Made by a program: the position numbers and the translations under genes. A stretch of 64,000 nucleotides of DNA from Chiloscyllium plagiosum (lineage: Eukaryota), in NCBI RefSeq assembly GCF_004010195.1, contig NC_057718.1:86481514-86545513 (forward strand). The letters run 5' to 3'. Below the pieces are notes generated by a model that saw nothing but the letters and a program-made list of their open reading frames with translations, was not told where the DNA came from and made no database searches. Each line of letters starts with the position of its first letter. Positions within the stretch are counted from its first letter, which is position 1. This document shows, piece by piece, positions 37,633 to 50,382 of this stretch.

Positions 37633-40063
37633 CAGAGGAACCTCGATTTATCCGAACAGGATCTGAAAGTCCCATAAAACTATTACAGCAAAGAAGTGCT
37701 GGGGACAATGGTGCAACGATCTTTGTCTTTTGTTTACAGGGTAAATGAGGATTACTTGCACTGAAGAAGAATAGATTAGATTACTTACAATGTGGCAACA
37801 GGCCCTTCAGCCCAACAAGTCCACATTGACCCTCCAAAGAGCCACCCACCCAGACCCATTCCCCTACATTTACCCCTTCACCTACGGGCAATTTAGCATG
37901 GCCAATTCACCTAACCTGTGGGAGGAAACGGGAGCACCTGGAGAAAACCCACGCAGACACGGTGAGAGTGTGCAAACTCCACACACAGTTGCCTGAGGCG
38001 GGAATTGAACCCGGGTCTCTGGCGCTGAGAGGCAGCAGTGCTAGCCACTGTGCTGCCTAATTGCAACAAAGAGGTGTTAATGACACTGGTGCAACAATCT
38101 CAGTCAGTCAATTGTAGCAATTTGAAATAATTTTAACACACAAAAATGTCTGACATGCTGAAGGATTTTAAATGCAGGTCAAAATCAGTGGGGTCTTCAT
38201 TCCCTCTACAACTTTGTTCCGAGTACATATCTGATATAACTGATCAGGTTTGTTGTACGTACTTACCATGTTTGTGAAGAGAAAATGGACAGCAGTGACA
38301 ATTGTACAGAAAAGCGAGATCCTACAATCTTGATTGTGGTGAAAAGGCACCAAAGATTGCACAAGAATACAACATTGGAATAGCAACAGTGTCTGACATC
38401 AGGAAAGCAAAACTGGTGATTGAGAAATTCATCAACCAAAGTGACACTTCAAATGCATTAAAGAGAAAATCCATGAAGCCAGCAAAAGATGAGCAACTTG
38501 ACCAAGCTGTATTTTTGTGGTTTTCACATCAGCATGAAAAGGGGATTCCCGTATCTGGCCCGATGATACTAGAAAAAGCTGCCAGTTTCCATGAACGACT
38601 CCACGCCGGTGAGTCTGATCACAGATCATCGGGCTAGTTACAGCACCTCAAACATCATGGCATCGGGCAACTCGGCGTTCTTGGAAAGCAGAAGTCCATG
38701 GTTGACAGCACCGTGGAAGGATACAGACAGAAACTACAATCCATCATTCATGAAGGAAAGTATGAACTTGAGCAATTGTACAATGCTGTTGAAAGTGAAT
38801 TGTTTTGGTGTGCACTGCTGGACAAAACACTTGCATCCAGTGTGGAAAAGCAGGTGTCAGGACTTGTAATGCAATGCTTCTGCACTTTAATTTTCTCTGT
38901 GTCAGCGCCACCGGCACTCATAAATATACCGCTGGTCTGCATTGGGTGATGTGCTAATCCATGTCACTTTAAGAACTCACTTCCCGTGAAGCACAAAATA
39001 AGGCATGGATGATATATCCACGTTTTTCATCCTGGTTTCAGGAAGAATTTGTTCCTGATTACATTTGGCAAGCGCTGGACTTGAGCAATGTGCCCCTCTG
39101 TTTGTTGACAAGGCAGGCATACACAATGAAAAACAACCGATTAGAATCACCAGATGGAGCTATCAAGTGTTTGTTTTTACCACCAAACATGACTTCAAGG
39201 TTACAGCTACTCGATCAGGATATCATCGCAATAATGAAAAATGTTGCGTGCTGTCCTTGGTGAAGGCAATGCAGACAAAGGAGTGCAGGAAATAATGAAG
39301 GCATTCACAGTCAAGGCTGCTTTGTTCATAATTGCTGAGTGTTGGGACCGCATCCAGTCATTGACAATCGCCGAGTGATGGTACAATGGCGTGCATGTTG
39401 TTAGCCATGACAATGAAGAGGACCCCCTTCGAGATCAAAGGCTAACCACTGACATCACCAAGAACTGCAGACAGCTGGGATTAGGAGAGTTTGTAGAGGC
39501 TGAGATCGATGCTTGGGTAAACTGTGACAACAACATCGGAATAGAGACACTCGGCAATGATCAGATAGTCAATGTAAGAACAGTTGGAAAGTACAGACGC
39601 CATGGATGGTAAGGAATACCAGATACCAACACCACCTCCAGTCCCCATTAATGAAGCTATCGACAGTTTGTGACTTTTCATTGAGTGGTCTGAAGCACAA
39701 GATGAAGTCGATGCTGTTGATGCATCTTCGTCAAATGTTATCATTCGCAAAAGAAAGGAGAGCAGATCCTCAAACAACAGTGGCTGTATATTTTATTCGA
39801 AAATAATAGCCAACATCCACCTCAATGAATTTTATTTACACAAAAAGTGATTTGATTTGTAAAATATCATGATTTTTTTATGCGCTATCTGATGTTTACA
39901 AATTTTAGTGATTGAATGAAATCACTAAAATCTCTGTAAACGTGCTTTTAACGCAATTACGTGCAGTAAGGCTTCCTTTGTTTAAGGTCAAATCAATTAT
40001 TCGAATAATAAATTATCTGAACGAGAAACTGCCCATTGCCTTCGGATAATCGAGGTTCCTCGG
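37633..40063 (+). mobile_element. pogo/Tigger-family DNA transposon with a decayed transposase (about 38268-39806)
   Basis: TIRs cagaggaacctcgatttatccgaa (37633-37656) and ttcggataatcgaggttcctcgg (40041-40063); TA TSDs; CENP-B-like HTH LDQAVFLWFSHQHEKGIPVSGPMILEKA; DDE-region motif FLPPNMTSRLQLLDQDII; frameshifts and stops. Confidence 0.92.
37770..38058 (-). mobile_element. HE1-like SINE nested in the Tigger element
   Basis: Minus-strand tRNA-like head at about 38000-38057 and tail at 37770. Confidence 0.85.
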
Positions 40064-42148
40064 TATACGGTTCAAGGATGCCCTGCTAACCTTTTGCAAT
40101 TCATGCATAAGGACACCTGGATCCCTCTGTATCTTAGAAGTTTGCAATCTCTTACTATTTAGATAATATTCCTCCTTTTTAACCTTCCTCTCAAAGTTGA
40201 CAATTTTCATGTTTTCCTGCATTATATTCCATTTATCAAATATTTGTCCACTTACTTAACCTCTCGCCATCCCTTTGTGGTTTCATTAAGCCCCCTTTGT
40301 AACTGACTTTCTTACCTATCTGTACCATCAGGAAATTTAGCAACCATACATTTTAACTCCTGTATCTGAGTCATTTATATAAATTGTAAAGACCTGAGGG
40401 CCTAATGCTCGTCCCTGTGATACACCACTCATTGCATCTTGCCAACCAAATAAAGATCCATTAATGTCTGCTCTCTGTTTATTGTTTGCTCTTCAATTTT
40501 TATGTCTATGCTAATTTGTTACCAAGCACACCGTGAGTTTTATTTTATGTAATAATCTTCAATGTGGCACCTCATCGAATACTACCTGGAAATCTAAGTA
40601 CAGTACACATCAATCCATGCCCCTTTATTCACAGCATGTTAATTCCTCAAAGAATCCCAAAGAAAATTGGCTGAATGTGATTTCCCTTTGACAAAACCAT
40701 GTTGATTCTGCCTGATTACATTAGCTTTTCCACGGTGCCTTGCCAAAATATATTTAATATTAACTTCTAAAATTTTCCATGTGACAGATGTTAGACTTAC
40801 TGATCTATAGTTTACAATTTTGTCTCTTCCCTGTTGCTCTTTTTTCTTGAATAAAGGAGATATATTCACTATTTTCCAAACCATTCGAAGCTACCCCAAT
40901 TTCTGTGTTTGCTCGGCAACAGCTCCCAAACCTGTGACCACCTCCATATGGAAACAGCGTAGTTCCTCACAACTCGGATGTATATCATGGTTTCTTCTTT
41001 ATAGCTGGGTCTAAATCATTAAGCCCCATTCCTTATGGCTTTACAGGAGCACATTTTCCTCAAGAGGTTGAAACAGTAGATAATTCACCCAAACCACCTC
41101 AAGGACAACAAGGGATCGGCAATGAGTGCTGCTCATTTCTTGGTGACAACTGTGAGAATGTATAAATAGGGATTGTATCCCACAGGAATATGTCAGCTGA
41201 GACATGATATCTCAAAATTGAATCATCCTATTGTCTATGCATTCCTGATCCCTTGGAACAGGCAGATAACTACAACTTTAAGCTAATATTACAAAATAGG
41301 CTTACACAGAAGCAAAAGATGTGGGTGCTTATAACATTGCACATAAGAGCAGGTAGAAATTAATCAATAACATTTTTTAAAAATCATCGATGGATTTCTG
41401 GTGAAGACGTTTAGTCATGAAAGGAGTTAGTGCTTTTTCCTCTTAGATACATCACTATTCTGGCTTTGCACGGATTTAGAAGTTGGATTTGTATTGTTTG
41501 ATGGCTATTGTGCTTTATCCAGGTAAACAATTAATTTTGTCAACCAATACAAATCCAACTCCAGGATGCACTGGTGTCAGTATAGATTTTGTGCTTAAAT
41601 CTGTAAAATGGCACAGCCAGTTGCAAAGAACAAAATACCACAAACAACAGTGAATTGTATAAATGATCCAAACAAAAAGCAGAAATTGCTGATAAAGCTC
41701 AGCAGGTCTGGCAGTAAATAGAGTTAACCTTCCAGTACCAGTGACCCTCTTTCAAACTGCTTTCTTCCGATTTGTCTCCACAGCTGCCGTCACACCTGTT
41801 TCGTCTTTGTTTCTGATTTCCAGCATGCACAGTTCTCTGGGGGGTTTTTTGTGTACGTGATCCAGTTGAATTATAATTGGAGTGGTAGGATTGAGGATGA
41901 ATGTTGGCGGGGACTCTGGGCGAACTCTGCCAAGTCAATTTTCAATGGTAGAGAATCTTTTATACCAACCAGAGAGGACAAACAAGGATTTAATTTAATG
42001 TCTCATTTGAAAGACTGCACCTCCAATAAGCAACCACTCCCTCAATACATGGGCAATCCTTCATGCTGTTTTGAACTGTAGTAGATAGCTAAAACACCAA
42101 TATGAGATATACTATCCTGGCAAAATTACCAGTCAGATTTGTTTGCAT

Positions 42149-42277
42149 GTACAGGTCGTTCTGTCACAACATGTGTATCATCAGTTACAAATTGGGGACG
42201 CTGTATCTAAAATTACTGCACCAACACTTGAAGTGCTGTACAAGAATGCAACCATCGTGTTATAGAAGAACTGACTA
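42149..42277. mobile_element. Short Tigger/MER6-like MITE remnant; related copy at about 52348-52565
   Basis: Begins ta-caggtcgttctg and ends ttatagaagaactgac; the related copy ends ttatagcagaacgactg-ta. Confidence 0.45.
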
Positions 42278-42484
42278 TTGGATTTACAGAGAAGTAAAGG
42301 TGTAATAAAAATGTCAATCTGGATTATATGTCTGTGCCTTGAACCTTGACTTTCTGATAAGGGTGCGAGTGTATTACCATTGAGCCACAGCTAGCACGTT
42401 ATAATCATTATACGTTTTGACATGTATATCTTACAGCAAAGCTTTAAAAAAGCTCCTGTGAATATTTTCTTGTCACTTTTTTAG

Positions 42485-42626
42485 TCTCCACAGCCTGGCA
42501 TGTTGAGATTGAGTGGTTTACGAGAGGGCATGTATGTGATTCGGTTGTCAGTCACTGACACGATTGGACAAAAGAGTGATGACAATGTCACTGTGACTGT
42601 GATGCCACCAAAGCGCCAAACAACAG
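42485..42626 (+). CDS. LRP11: LRP11 exon 3: PKD domain, second half (not in the ORF track)
   Basis: Acceptor tttttag|TCT; SPQPGMLRLSGLREGMYVIRLSVTDTIGQKSDDNVTVTVMPPKRQTT; donor ACAG|GTTAGT; 142 nt, phase 0 to 1. Confidence 0.95.
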
Positions 42627-42759
42627 GTTAGTTCACCCATGAATTCACATCAAGCTCATAGCATTGAATGCCATCTAGCCCAGTACTTGCTGCTCTGTAA
42701 AGCGTTTAGGAACAGTTGTTAGCCAAACAACATGCTTTTCCTCCTTATGTCATCTAGAC

Positions 42760-43700
42760 AGTCCTCCGCCGCACCACCTCCTTCCCCCGTTCCACTGCTT
42801 TAAACCACCCGCCCCAACGCGATAAAGACAGAGTACCCCTTGTCCTCACCTACCATCACACCAGTTTCTGCATCCAATGCATCATCCTTAAATATTTCCA
42901 CCAACTCAGAGAACATCTTCCCCTCCCCACCCCTCTCTGCTTTTCGCAGGGGCTGTTATCTTTGCCAGTCCTTGGTTTGCGCCATTCTCCCCACTACCCC
43001 CTCCGAACACCCGGGTACCTTCCCCTGCAACCAGAAAAGATGCTAAGCCTCCCGGCACACCACTCCCATCACCTCCAACCAGGGCCCCAAACAGTCTCTC
43101 CAGGTGAGACAGAAGTTCACCTGCCTCTCTTCCAACCAAGTTTACTGCATCAGGTGCTCCAGATGTGGTCTTCTCTACATCGGGGAGACCAAACGTAAGC
43201 TTGGGGAATGGTTTGCAGAGCATCACAGCCGGGCCTGTGAGGGCCGACTGGACCCCCCAGTTAATGCCTATTTTAATTACCCTTCCCACTCTCTTTCCTA
43301 CATGACCCATCCTTGGCCACCGCCATTGCCACAACGAACCACACTGCAAATTGGAGGAACAACACCATATCTTCTGTCTGGGCAGCCTACAGCCCACAGG
43401 ACTCAACATTGAGTTCCCAACTCCCTTCCCAGTTCCTCATCCCAGCCACCAACAGGATTCACTCCTCCCATTAACGAACCAGGTCAAACCCTCTGCCCGT
43501 GTTCACCTATCCCCACTTCACCACCCTGCTCTCTTCCCCCCCCCACATCCCCTTTATCTGCAGCTCCCTGTACACCCAGTCCTGAAGAAGGGTTACATCC
43601 AAATGTCGACTTCTCCACCTCCTGAAGCTGCTTGGTTTGCTGTGTTCTTCCAGCCTCCTGCCCGTCAACTTTGGATTCCAGCATCTGCCGATATTTGGCT
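42760..43700 (+). mobile_element. Penelope-like element 3' part (different subfamily) in LRP11 intron 3
   Basis: TCLSSNQVYCIRCSRCGLLYIGETKRKLGEWFAEH GIY-YIG motif; degenerate hammerhead at 43578-43611 with stem I agtc/gact. Confidence 0.88.
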
Positions 43701-45470
43701 CTATCTGTCCCCTGAGGCTATTCTATAATTTAATAATGAGCAATCTGTCTTCATTCAGTATTCACATCTTAGTTCCATATCCCCTCAGATCCGCTGCCTT
43801 TGTACAAGAGAGAGTTCCATACTCCCACTACCTTTTTTGTGAAAAGGTACATGACCCTTGAATAACCTAATTAATTAAGCACTATTGTTCATGCTCTCCT
43901 GGTAGAGAAAGTAATTTCTATCTACTGTGTCAACTGCTGTTATTGTCTTTAACACTTCAGTTAGTTCACCCTCTGCTAAAGGAATTGCAAGCTTTGCCTC
44001 TACAACCTTTCAACATAACTTAGCCCTTTCAATTCCAGTATCAGCCTTTTAAATCTGTAATGCAATTCCTGTAAGGCCAAAGTGCAGTACTTTAAAGAGT
44101 TCTTACAAAAACTTAGGAGCACATACCACAACCCTTTGTATTCCAGTCACCTTGAGATAAGGGGTTGTTTTCCATTAGCTTTATTATTTACTTTAGCACC
44201 TTCACAGGAATGTTTATGTAGCTATATGCAGTTGTTACACTGCAGAAAGGGAATAATTGTGAATTATACACTGATTCAAAAGCAACAGAAGTCTGCAGAA
44301 CTACTAATGAAGTGTTCCAAAACTGGACCACCAACTGCCGCAAAAGTCGTCTCTGTTCCAGTGCCTTTCTCGGTCTTTGCAAGGTACCGTGCCCTGAAAC
44401 TGCAAAGATTCAGGCTCCAGGGCAGGGTTTCTCACTCAGCCACACGTTGCTGGCTAAAGTCAAGCAAGGTCAGGGCCGAATGAAAATCTTGCCATCATTT
44501 CTGGATGCTTATACATTCACTCGTTATTAGAGTCCACCTTTTTTCTTAACACCAGAAGCATGGCAGGAATTGGAACAAGTGTGAAAATTGAAGGGTGAGC
44601 TTCTCACCCCTGGGGCTTGGTGTAACAGACGCCTAGTGATTGAAATACAATGGTGTGTGTTTGGCTTATGGTTTCTTTACAGGTTTTCTGGCTGGTGTCT
44701 CACTGACTTTTCGTACCTCACTCCTTTGCAGACACCAAACAATAGTAGATTTTTCAGGAATCCTACTGATTTTAATATTTAAAAAACTCATTAGCAACTG
44801 AGAGACACAAATCCATAGATCCAATTTTTAAAACAATTGTAAGCATGGGCAGAAAGGACTGTCGAGAATAATTTAATCGGGTAACAAGCAAACTCTGATC
44901 CAGTGGCTGCGGAAGGTAATGCAATGATGGAGATGTCAGGTGGCAAAGGGCAAGCTGTCATGTGATAGCTCCCCTTAGTATTTCTGAACAAAGTTTCAGT
45001 TACCTTCAGGAGAGTAAAGTCGTGTATGGCAGCCCTTTGTGGTAATGGTGCAGGTGATGGAACAGACCATTCACTTCCTACTTCAAGTGGGGTGTGACAA
45101 ATTAACGCTTGAGGTGCTTTTCACTTTATCCTGAATTCAAAGAGTTCCAGTTGTATTTTGTAACTTGAGATTGCTGCTGCAAGAAAGCTACATAGGACAA
45201 CCATGAGGCAGAAGTCACTATTAATAAGATGGAGAGTTTCCTGGTAGACTCAACTCCTATCCTCCTCCATTAGCATATCTTTTGGGTTTTGATGGCTTTC
45301 CACATAAGAATAGTAGTTGTAAACCAGATCAACTAAACCATTTCAGAATTTGAAATCCACCTTTTTGAATAGTGAGCTGCATGTTGCTCTCTTTCTGTTG
45401 CATGTGCACTTGTATATTTATGTTTGCTGCTGGTTTATGTATTGTGTGCTCTGCTTTGCAACATGGCATA

Positions 45471-46140
45471 GGGTCATAGAGATGTACAGCATGGAAACAG
45501 ATTCTTTGGTCCACTCGTCCATGCTGACCACAGAGTCTAGATTAATCTGGTTCCATTTGCCAGCATTTGGCCCATATCCCTTTAACCCCTTTCTATTCAT
45601 ATACCCAACTAGATGCCTTTTGAATATTGTTATTGTGCCAGCCTCCATCACTTCCTCTGGCAGCTCATTTCATACATGCATCACCCTCTACGTGAAAAGG
45701 TTGCCCCTTGGGTCCCCTTTATATTTTTCCCCTCTCATCTTAAACCAATACTATGTGTTTTGAACTCCTCTATCCTAGGAAAAAGACCTTGCTCCTCTCA
45801 CTATCCTTGCCCCTCATGATTTTATAAACTTCTATAAGGTCACCCCTTAGCCTCTGATGCTGCAGGTAAAACAGCCCCAGCCTATTCAGCCTCTCCCTAT
45901 AACTCAAACCCTCCAACCGTGGCAACATCCTTGTAAATCTTTTCTGAACCCTTTCAAGTTTCACAACATTTTTCCTATAGCAGGGAGACCAGAATTAAAC
46001 GCAGAATTGGAAAAGTGGCCTAACCAATGTTGAAGGTGAGAGGGGAAAGACATAAAGGGCACAACTACAACATAACCTCCCAACTCCTATACTCAAGGCA
46101 CTGACCAGTAAACGCTAGCATATCAAACTCCTCCTTCACG
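45471..46140 (-). mobile_element. CR1 LINE 3' fragment
   Basis: KLERVQKRFTRMLPRLEGLSYRERLNRLGLF plus tail. Confidence 0.88.
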
Positions 46141-49100
46141 TGCTTGTATACTTTGTCACGCTGTGCATTTCCATACCTACTCTGTGTTGCCACTTGTCAT
46201 TTATCTAATACTGCATGCATTTGTGTTAACCTGTTAGTATCCCTGTATTTTATGTGCACTCTGTTGCTTATGCATTTCTTTGTTTATTTATGTGTGCATC
46301 TGATTGTGTCATGTGTAGTTTAATCTGTGTTCAGATCTCGTCTAATTCTGCAGGATACAGCCAGCACATTCCATTACAATGAGCATTCTTTGTTTATTTT
46401 TAGTTGCTTTTACCTGGGAAGGTGACCTATTTCTTAAATGAATGGGCTGGGATTGAGCCAATCCATTGTGAGCTTTACAATGCATGTATGTGTCTCAAGG
46501 TAATAGGCTGTTTCTCATACTGTCACCGCCTCTTATTATCCCCTCTCGTGTGTTCAGATGTACTCCATCCTACACGCTTTCTCGCACACTTTTCCACTTC
46601 CACATGATTTCAGAAACATTCAACCTTCCTTAGACACATCTTTTCACACACTCACTCATACTTTGCACTCACTCATCCTCTCCCATCCTCATTCTAACCT
46701 TCTGTCAAGTACTCACTCAGCATTTCACTGTCCCCACTTTTATACATTAGCTCTTTTTCAAAGCCATTCACATTTTCTGGCATGCATGCACCTTTTCTCT
46801 CTTACTCTACTTGTACCAGATCTGTGTTGAAACTGTTGCACCAGATGTAGAAATCTGATGATGACGCAATCATGGAGTATTCAACCAGTATGTTCAAAGG
46901 AACTTGTCTGCTTGTCTGCCATAGGTCCAGATGAGGTCTACCTCTATACATCCTGGAAGTACCATCACCACAATGACTGTAGTGCTTTAAGGCGATGCAG
47001 CAAGCTGGCAAAAGAATTTAACCAAAGAGGCCAGTTGCAGTTAGGGGGTAAAGTTACACCTGCAAGCTTATAAAATCACGTAATGCAGAACAGGTCATTT
47101 AGCCCATTACACCCATACTAACTCTCAAAGCTGTCTAACTAGCCTGCAAAGCCTTGTACTTTTTTTACCTTTAAGTCTATGTCCAATTCCTTTTTGGAAA
47201 TTAGCTGTTGAATCTGTTTTGGCCAATGTATTGTAGATCTGCCTCACTGAGTAAAACCCCTGCTGATTCATTTGCAAGTTACCTTAAACCTGTGTTCTCT
47301 GGTGAATGATATTCCTGCCAATGGAAACACTTTCTTTTTGTTTACTCGATCAATTCCCTTCTGAATTTCGAATACTTGTACTAACTCTCACCATAAACTT
47401 CTCTGCTTTAAGGGAAATCAGCCAGCTTCTCCTGTCTCTCCATCTAACCGGAGTCATTCACCCATAGTATAATTCTGGTGAATCTCCTCTGCACTCTGTC
47501 CAATCCTTCCCACTGCGTTGCTTGAACAGCCCCCAAGTATTTTATATTCTCAGTGCATCTCCAGGTCAGCCTCTCCACTCCTGTTCCTTGCTGACTGGTT
47601 TGTGAAGTTTCCTGATGCAGACCAAAGATGGCGGGGGGTGGGTGTAGTGTTTCTCCCTGCAGGTTGATCAGGCCTCAATCTCGTCCCATCTTTCCTGACA
47701 GTGTCACCCTTTGGGAATTCCCCTGTATTTTTGCTTTTCTTTTGGAGGAAGGAGAGCAGGAGCAAGAGATGGAGGCCAATCCAGGTCCAGCATTACTGGA
47801 GATACTTTCCACCCAACTCACCAGTGATCCCAGACCAGAACATATGGCACAGGACTCTTACACTCGCATTTGATTGGGAAGCAGTGCTTTGAAGATGCTG
47901 AGGTTTACAAGGTACGTTACAGCCAAACACAAAAATGACAGACCGGGAACGTGCTGGTCCAATCAGCCTGACCCTCATGGTTGTGATGTCCAATTGATCA
48001 GAGTGCAGATACTCTTCACGCCACCCAGTACCATGTAAGGTAAAAGATAAAGTTGCTGCAGTCCTAGAGGACAGTAGTGCTGCTCTTTCATCAGAGAGGG
48101 ACAACTGGAAGTGAGTTTAGTCTGAGGATCTCCATGCCTCCGGCAAGGGGAGAGGTTCAGAAGGCAGGACCTTCATGGTAATCACTACCATGTAATCTTG
48201 TGGGGAAGGGCCTTGAAGCTATTCTTTTAGGCAACTGAAACCTATACAGGATACCACTTCGGTGATTTATGTAACCCGTTAACCACCTCTTGTTCTTGTG
48301 GTGATCTTCAGGCCAGTCAGAAACCAACCTGGTGCCTATTGGAATGAACTGAGCCAAAGCACCTTTCACGACGTGAGTTCCACAGGTTTATATTTCACTG
48401 GGAAAAGAACCATCAAACGTCCAACCTATCTCTTTCCTTGCATAATTAGTAATAATTTGTCATTGAAGTTCTACTGTCTTCTCCATCATAAACAATCCAT
48501 TGTCACTGGATGATAAAGACTCCACTACCCTTCTGTGCTATTGAGTTAATGCAGGTACATCTTCAGAATGGACCATCAGCTAAAACTTCCATGCAAGCAG
48601 CTGTGGCAAGTGAAACACAATTAATCCCTCGGGTTGATAACCATCCTTCAGAAATGGAAGAAATTAGGAACTTAAACAGTTCCAAGCAAGTGTTGAGTCA
48701 GGGGTATAGAGGAGGAATGGACAAAGAAGAAAGGTAATAGGGTGGAGGGCAGGGCAAAGGTGGAGGTAGTAATGGGACAATTAAAGAAACACAAGCTGAT
48801 ACACCATGAGGTGTAAATGGTTATTGTAGAGTTATTGACAGTGCCTGAAGTTTGGTAAAAGGGACTAATGATTATGTAGGTGTGTAACCAGCAAATATCG
48901 TACCTCAAGCGTCATTTGAACAGTGCAGGAAGCAGAGGACAGACCTATCCAAGCAAGATTGAATAAATCTTGTTTTTTTTTACTTTAGATGTTTAGTATC
49001 TGTAATATTTTTCTCTTGTCAGTGGAATTAGTGGAGCTGATTGGCTTCTGCTAGAACAAAAGAAATCTTAACAGAAAGCAAAAAACCTTTTCAGCTTCTT

Positions 49101-49309
49101 TCACCTGGCAGGAAGGTGATAATCTTGCAGACATGGACTATGAACAAATGGCAGTTCCAAACCCACCCCCATCCCAACCATAACTTGTCATAAATACAAA
49201 ACTGCCAGAGAAACTTGGCAGTATCCGTGGAAAGAGAAACAGAGTTAACACTTCAAATCTCCAGCAACTGCAGTGCTTTGCTTTTCATACATTTGACATC
49301 GGTGGGGAC

Positions 49310-49815
49310 AGTCATAGAGATGTACAACATCGGTCCAACCTGTCCATGCTGACCAGATATCCCAACCCAATCTAGTCCCACCTGCCAGCACCTGGCCCAT
49401 ATCCCTCCAAACCCTTCCTATTCGTATACCCATGCAAATGCCTTTTAAATGTTGCAATTGTACTAGCTGCCACCACTACTTCTAGCAGCTTATTCCATAC
49501 ATGTACCACCCTTTGCGTGAAAAATGTTACCCCTTAGGTCTCTTTCATATCTTTCCCCTCTCACCCTAAATCTATGCCCTCTAGTTCTGGATTCCCCCAC
49601 CCCAGGGAAAACACTTTGTCTATTTATCCTATCCATGCCCCTCATAATTTTGTAAGGTCACCCCTCAGCCTCCGATGCTCCAGGGAAAGTAGCCCCAGCC
49701 TAATTAGCCTCTCCCTATAGTTCAAACCCTCCAATCCCGGCAACATCCTTGTAAATCTTTTCTGAACCCTTTCAAGTTTCACAACATCTTTCCGAGCGGA
49801 AGGAGACCAGAATGA
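49310..49815 (-). mobile_element. CR1 LINE 3' fragment just upstream of LRP11 exon 4
   Basis: KLERVQKRFTRMLPGLEGLNYRERL plus tail. Confidence 0.88.
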
Positions 49816-49953
49816 GTCAATGTGTGACTGTAAGGTGTCGCCATGTGGCAGCAACAGTTGTGAGGTTGGTTTGACCCGTGTTTTAATGGCAGCTTCTACC
49901 TGAAGTAGCAGTGTTAGGGCATCTCCTGATTCACTATTATTTATCTTTCATAG

Positions 49954-50079
49954 ACTGTACAGGAGTTTGTTCCCGATATCAGTTCATCTGTGATGACGGC
50001 TGCTGCATCGATATCACAATGGCTTGTGATGGGACAGCCCAGTGCCCTGACAAATCTGATGAAACCTTCTGCCAGAGCT
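49954..50079 (+). CDS. LRP11: LRP11 exon 4: LDL-receptor class A repeat
   Basis: Acceptor tttcatag|AC; DCTGVCSRYQFICDDGCCIDITMACDGTAQCPDKSDETFCQS; donor T|GTAAGT; 126 nt, phase 1 to 1. Confidence 0.96.
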
Positions 50080-50208
50080 GTAAGTACAATCCCTAAGCAT
50101 GGGCCAAAGGTTTGGCCTTGCTCTCACTAACTGGAGAGTGGGAGGATGAGTTGGAGAGGTGGAAAAATGATGATGTAAGCTGATGTTTTTTTTTCCTTTG
50201 TGCTAAAG

Positions 50209-50382
50209 TTAATGTAGGCCGTAAGTCAATTACACATGCAACACTTGCTGCTAGCTCAGAGCAAGATAGGGCCATGTGGCCATCTTCTGACAGTTTCCAC
50301 AAGACCTCAACAGTGAACCATAAACCAACACAGTCATCCAGAACGGAAGGGATGGACAAACCCAATCCTAGCCAGCTTCCAG
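50209..50382 (+). CDS. LRP11: LRP11 exon 5: Ser/Thr-rich linker
   Basis: Poly-T tract then ctaaag|TT; open frame FNVGRKSITHATLAASSEQ...KPNPSQLP (compare recalled human LGLDRKMVTHT); donor CCAG|GTATGT; 174 nt, phase 1 to 1. Confidence 0.85.

Noticed and set aside
38302..38637. CENP-B/TIGD/Jerky-like host gene
   Set aside because: Frameshifted, contains stops and lies within TIRs with TA TSDs, so it is a transposon fossil.
47620..47915. Possible Harbinger-like transposase remnant (KQC..MLRFT after a frameshift)
   Set aside because: Similarity too short and degenerate to support without a search.
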